Assembly (NCBI GenBank): GCA_965371515.1
Contig: CBDUYR010000052.1
Span: forward strand, 1 to 19,385
DNA: 19,385 nucleotides
Reading direction: 5' to 3'
Origin: an uncultured bacterium
GTDB lineage: Bacteria; Krumholzibacteriota; Krumholzibacteriia; Krumholzibacteriales; Krumholzibacteriaceae
Shown here in pieces: positions 16,711 through 19,385 of this stretch (position 1 is its first letter; every line of letters starts with the position of its first letter). Position numbers and translations under genes: made by a program. A model generated the notes under the pieces. The model was given only the letters and a program-made list of their open reading frames with translations, was not told where the DNA came from and made no database searches.

Positions 16711-18192
16711 CTACTTCGCGCCCGATGCTTCCATTGCCTGCAATTGTACGGCCTTCTTGTTCAGCAGTTCACGCGAAAGCGCATAGGCGATGTAGTACTT
16801 GTAGATGTTCGCCACATACGTCACCGTTTCCTGCCCGACAATTCTCAGTGCGGCATACTCGACGTTCTGAAACCATTTGTCCGGGTCCAGTTCCATTTTC
16901 TCCGCCCGGGCTCGCATCTTCCTTACTTTGTTCGGGCCGGCATTGTAGGCGGCCCACGTAAAGGCAAACCGATCGGCCTCTGTCAGTTCAGGGCCTGAGA
17001 AGTATTTCTCCCTGAGGAAAGCCAGATACTTCACGCCGGCATGGATGTTGTTCTCGATCTCGGTAACATCCGGGAACCCGATGTACTCGGCGGTGCTCGG
17101 CAGCAGCTGCATGATGCCGACGGCACCAGCCCGGCTCTGGGACTCGTGATCGAGGCCGGACTCCTGGTAAGCCTGGGCTACAATGGCCAGCCAATCGAAT
17201 CCGTACTGATCACCGTACTCCTTGAAAAACAGCATGAAGCCCTCGAGCTTCTGCCGCTCGAGTTCGTCCATGGGATTCCTGATCCATTTCGTTGTCTCAA
17301 AGTACCGGTCGGAAAGCATATTGCCGAGAAGGCTGCCCCTGCGGATCTGAGGCAGAAACTCCTTGAGGTTCGCTTCGAGCTCGGGATTATTCTTTCGGAT
17401 CGCCCAGCCGATGTAGCCGCCGGTGCTGATCTGGATGTCTTCACGGACGACGACATCGGGGAATATCCGAGCCCAGAGTTCTGCCTTGAAGTCATCTATG
17501 ATCGTCATGTCCACTACGCCAGCATTGACGAGCTCGATGATATCCTCGCTCAGGAGATTGGCGTCCGCTTCCACGATAAGGATCCGGGGTATCATTCTGG
17601 AGGCGAATTCCTCGTTGAGCTTCTTGAGGTGCTCGACGTAACTGCTTCCCTTAAGAACGTACACCGAACGGCCCGTCAGGTTGTAAATGTTCGTGATACC
17701 CTCGACACTCTTGTTTGTAACAAGGACCTCATTAACGGTCCACCTGTGGCCGGAGATGAAATTGACCTGGCGCTCGCGCTCCGGGGTGATCGTCAGCAAC
17801 GCGGCGGCAATATCCCCTCTGCCTTCGATCAGCGCCGGAATAAGCTCATTGAACGGTACGGGCACGAAGGCGACACGCGTCATGAGCTCTCTTCTGGACA
17901 CACCCTTGTTGAGGGCCTTTTCGTATTCGTGGAGGAACTCCGCCTGGAGACCCTTGGGCTGCCCGTTATAGATAAAGAAGTCCGTCTTGCTGATCGTCAC
18001 CAAAGCGCGAACGACCTTGTGCTCCTTCATCACCGGGAGATCGTCAGTTGACTTTACGGCACCGCCATCCGGAAAGATCCGGGCGAGCGGGTCATCCTGC
18101 TCCTGGGCAAGCGCTGCTATACAGAAACCTGAGCAGATGAAGACGAGAAGATATGCGATCCTCAGATGAGTTTTCCGTGACAATTTAATCAC
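16711..18192 (-). CDS. MltF-like lytic transglycosylase (solute-binding domain plus SLT domain)
   Basis: SBP-family-3-like N-terminal part (GRGDIAAALLTITPER). SLT motifs AYQESG (catalytic Glu), GAVGIMQLLP, AAYNAGP and ETVTYV. GTG start is uncertain. Confidence 0.88.
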   Translation of the reverse strand: MIKLSRKTHLRIAYLLVFICSGFCIAALAQEQDDPLARIFPDGGAVKSTDDLPVMKEHKVVRALVTISKTDFFIYNGQPKGLQAEFLHEYEKALNKGVSRRELMTRVAFVPVPFNELIPALIEGRGDIAAALLTITPERERQVNFISGHRWTVNEVLVTNKSVEGITNIYNLTGRSVYVLKGSSYVEHLKKLNEEFASRMIPRILIVEADANLLSEDIIELVNAGVVDMTIIDDFKAELWARIFPDVVVREDIQISTGGYIGWAIRKNNPELEANLKEFLPQIRRGSLLGNMLSDRYFETTKWIRNPMDELERQKLEGFMLFFKEYGDQYGFDWLAIVAQAYQESGLDHESQSRAGAVGIMQLLPSTAEYIGFPDVTEIENNIHAGVKYLAFLREKYFSGPELTEADRFAFTWAAYNAGPNKVRKMRARAEKMELDPDKWFQNVEYAALRIVGQETVTYVANIYKYYIAYALSRELLNKKAVQLQAMEASGAK

Positions 18193-18377
18193 CGCTTCGT
18201 CAGGGTTACATACTGCTCGTCAAGAATACACTCGAAATCCGGAGAAGTCTAGCCGTACTTCGCGATGAACGGCAGCTGATACTTGCTTATCTTTGCAGTT
18301 GACAGCACATTAGCCGTCGGGCGACTATCAGCCTTGCGATTGTCCTTAACCCACCCGCCACCCACGCTGGAGACGAC

Positions 18378-19385
18378 ATGAAGACCCTGTTTATCCTGAG
18401 TTCGACACTGCTTGTACTGATGATCGCAGGGACGCCAGTGCCCGTTGCCGCGGCGGCTGAAGTGGTAGTGATCCGCAATGTTACAGTCATCGACGTCAGC
18501 GACTATGGCACCGCCAGGGCAGATATACCGAATGCGGTCGTTGTGATGCGTGGGAACAGGATCATTGCGGTGGGTCCGGCAGATTCGGTGGACATTCCGG
18601 ACGGTGCACGCATCATCGACGCTGGTGGCGGCTACCTCATTCCCGGTTTGATCGATTGTTTTGCCGCCTTGAACCATCAGGCCCAGGCCAACGCCTATCT
18701 GGCTATGGGCGTCACCACGATCCTTGGCGTCGAGAGCACACGGCGAGGCCCGTTGGACCGCGATTCAGATCCGTCGCCGGATATTCGCCGGCTGGGTGAG
18801 GTGGGCTATGAAGCCGCGCCTCTGGCCGATCTTCTGGCCGCGGTGGAAGCGGAAAAAGCCAGGGGTGCCGCAGCTCTGCTGGTCATGTACCGCGTTTCCC
18901 CTGACCAGATGCAGGTGGTGGTTGCCCGGGCCCACGAGCTTGGTCTGCCGGTGATCGGCGAGTTGGCCCGGACCGGCTATGTCGAAGCATCAGCCATGGG
19001 CGTAGATGCCTTTGTCCATACCACCCGCTATTCGCTGGGGCTGGCCTCTGATGAGCTGCGCCGGGGCATCGATGCCGAGCCATTCAGCAATGACCTTGAC
19101 AGTGCCAAATGGCAGTATTATCAGTTGCTGCCCGAACTTGCGAGTGACACCAGAGCGGTCCGCAGCTATGGCGAAAGAATTGCCGACGGTGGCGCGGCGC
19201 TCATGCCGACCCTGAGCCTGGGCTACCTCGATCGACCCGGCCACGCCAATCCATGGGATGAACCGGTCAGTGTCATCATCGACGCACGCGACATCCACTG
19301 GCCGGCTGATCGGCTGACCGGCGAGCACGAGTACACCGCCGAAAATGCCGCCGCCTACCGGAACATCGCCCTGGCCGAGATCATG
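18378..19385 (+). CDS. Secreted amidohydrolase-superfamily protein (3' truncated by the window edge)
   Basis: Not in the ORF track; translated by hand. GGAGA SD, then MKTLFILSSTLLVLMIAG...VVIRNVTVID...GNRIIAVG...ARIIDAGGGYLIPGLID...GVTTI...AHELGLPV...MPTL; the frame is open to 19385. Confidence 0.85.
   Translation, partial: MKTLFILSSTLLVLMIAGTPVPVAAAAEVVVIRNVTVIDVSDYGTARADIPNAVVVMRGNRIIAVGPADSVDIPDGARIIDAGGGYLIPGLIDCFAALNHQAQANAYLAMGVTTILGVESTRRGPLDRDSDPSPDIRRLGEVGYEAAPLADLLAAVEAEKARGAAALLVMYRVSPDQMQVVVARAHELGLPVIGELARTGYVEASAMGVDAFVHTTRYSLGLASDELRRGIDAEPFSNDLDSAKWQYYQLLPELASDTRAVRSYGERIADGGAALMPTLSLGYLDRPGHANPWDEPVSVIIDARDIHWPADRLTGEHEYTAENAAAYRNIALAEIM

Noticed and set aside
17041..18051. 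336-aa + strand ORF and similar antisense ORFs (6229..6945, 9219..10070, 10371..11081)
   Set aside because: Antisense shadows of the MltF-like, S9 and purF genes.

Overview
Bacterial genomic window. It is GC-rich on the left and visibly more AT-rich in the intergenic stretches after ~12.5 kb (judged by eye). The left part (1-12.45 kb) looks like core chromosome: PAP2 phosphatase, tandem USP, SLC13/DASS transporter, small Zn-ribbon protein, GT-C (ArnT/PMT-like) glycosyltransferase with TPR, two secreted S9 peptidases, a divergent macrodomain protein, and a PurF whose glutaminase site is degenerate. The right part (12.6 kb to the end) looks accessory and encodes only predicted exported proteins: a protein ending in a 'SWGAIK' tail, a 13x42-aa LVIVD-type repeat protein, a DUF1254/DUF1214 protein, an MltF-like lytic transglycosylase and a truncated amidohydrolase-fold protein lacking the HxH motif. 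The most notable non-coding signal is a 24-bp direct repeat (23/24 identical, ending GGGGAGCCA like a tRNA 3' end) that brackets the DUF1254/DUF1214 gene with its promoter, resembling an att-bounded one-gene cassette. No integrase, transposase, tRNA, rRNA or CRISPR array was found. The protein style suggests an FCB-related candidate phylum (Krumholzibacteriota/Latescibacterota-like), which is inference only.
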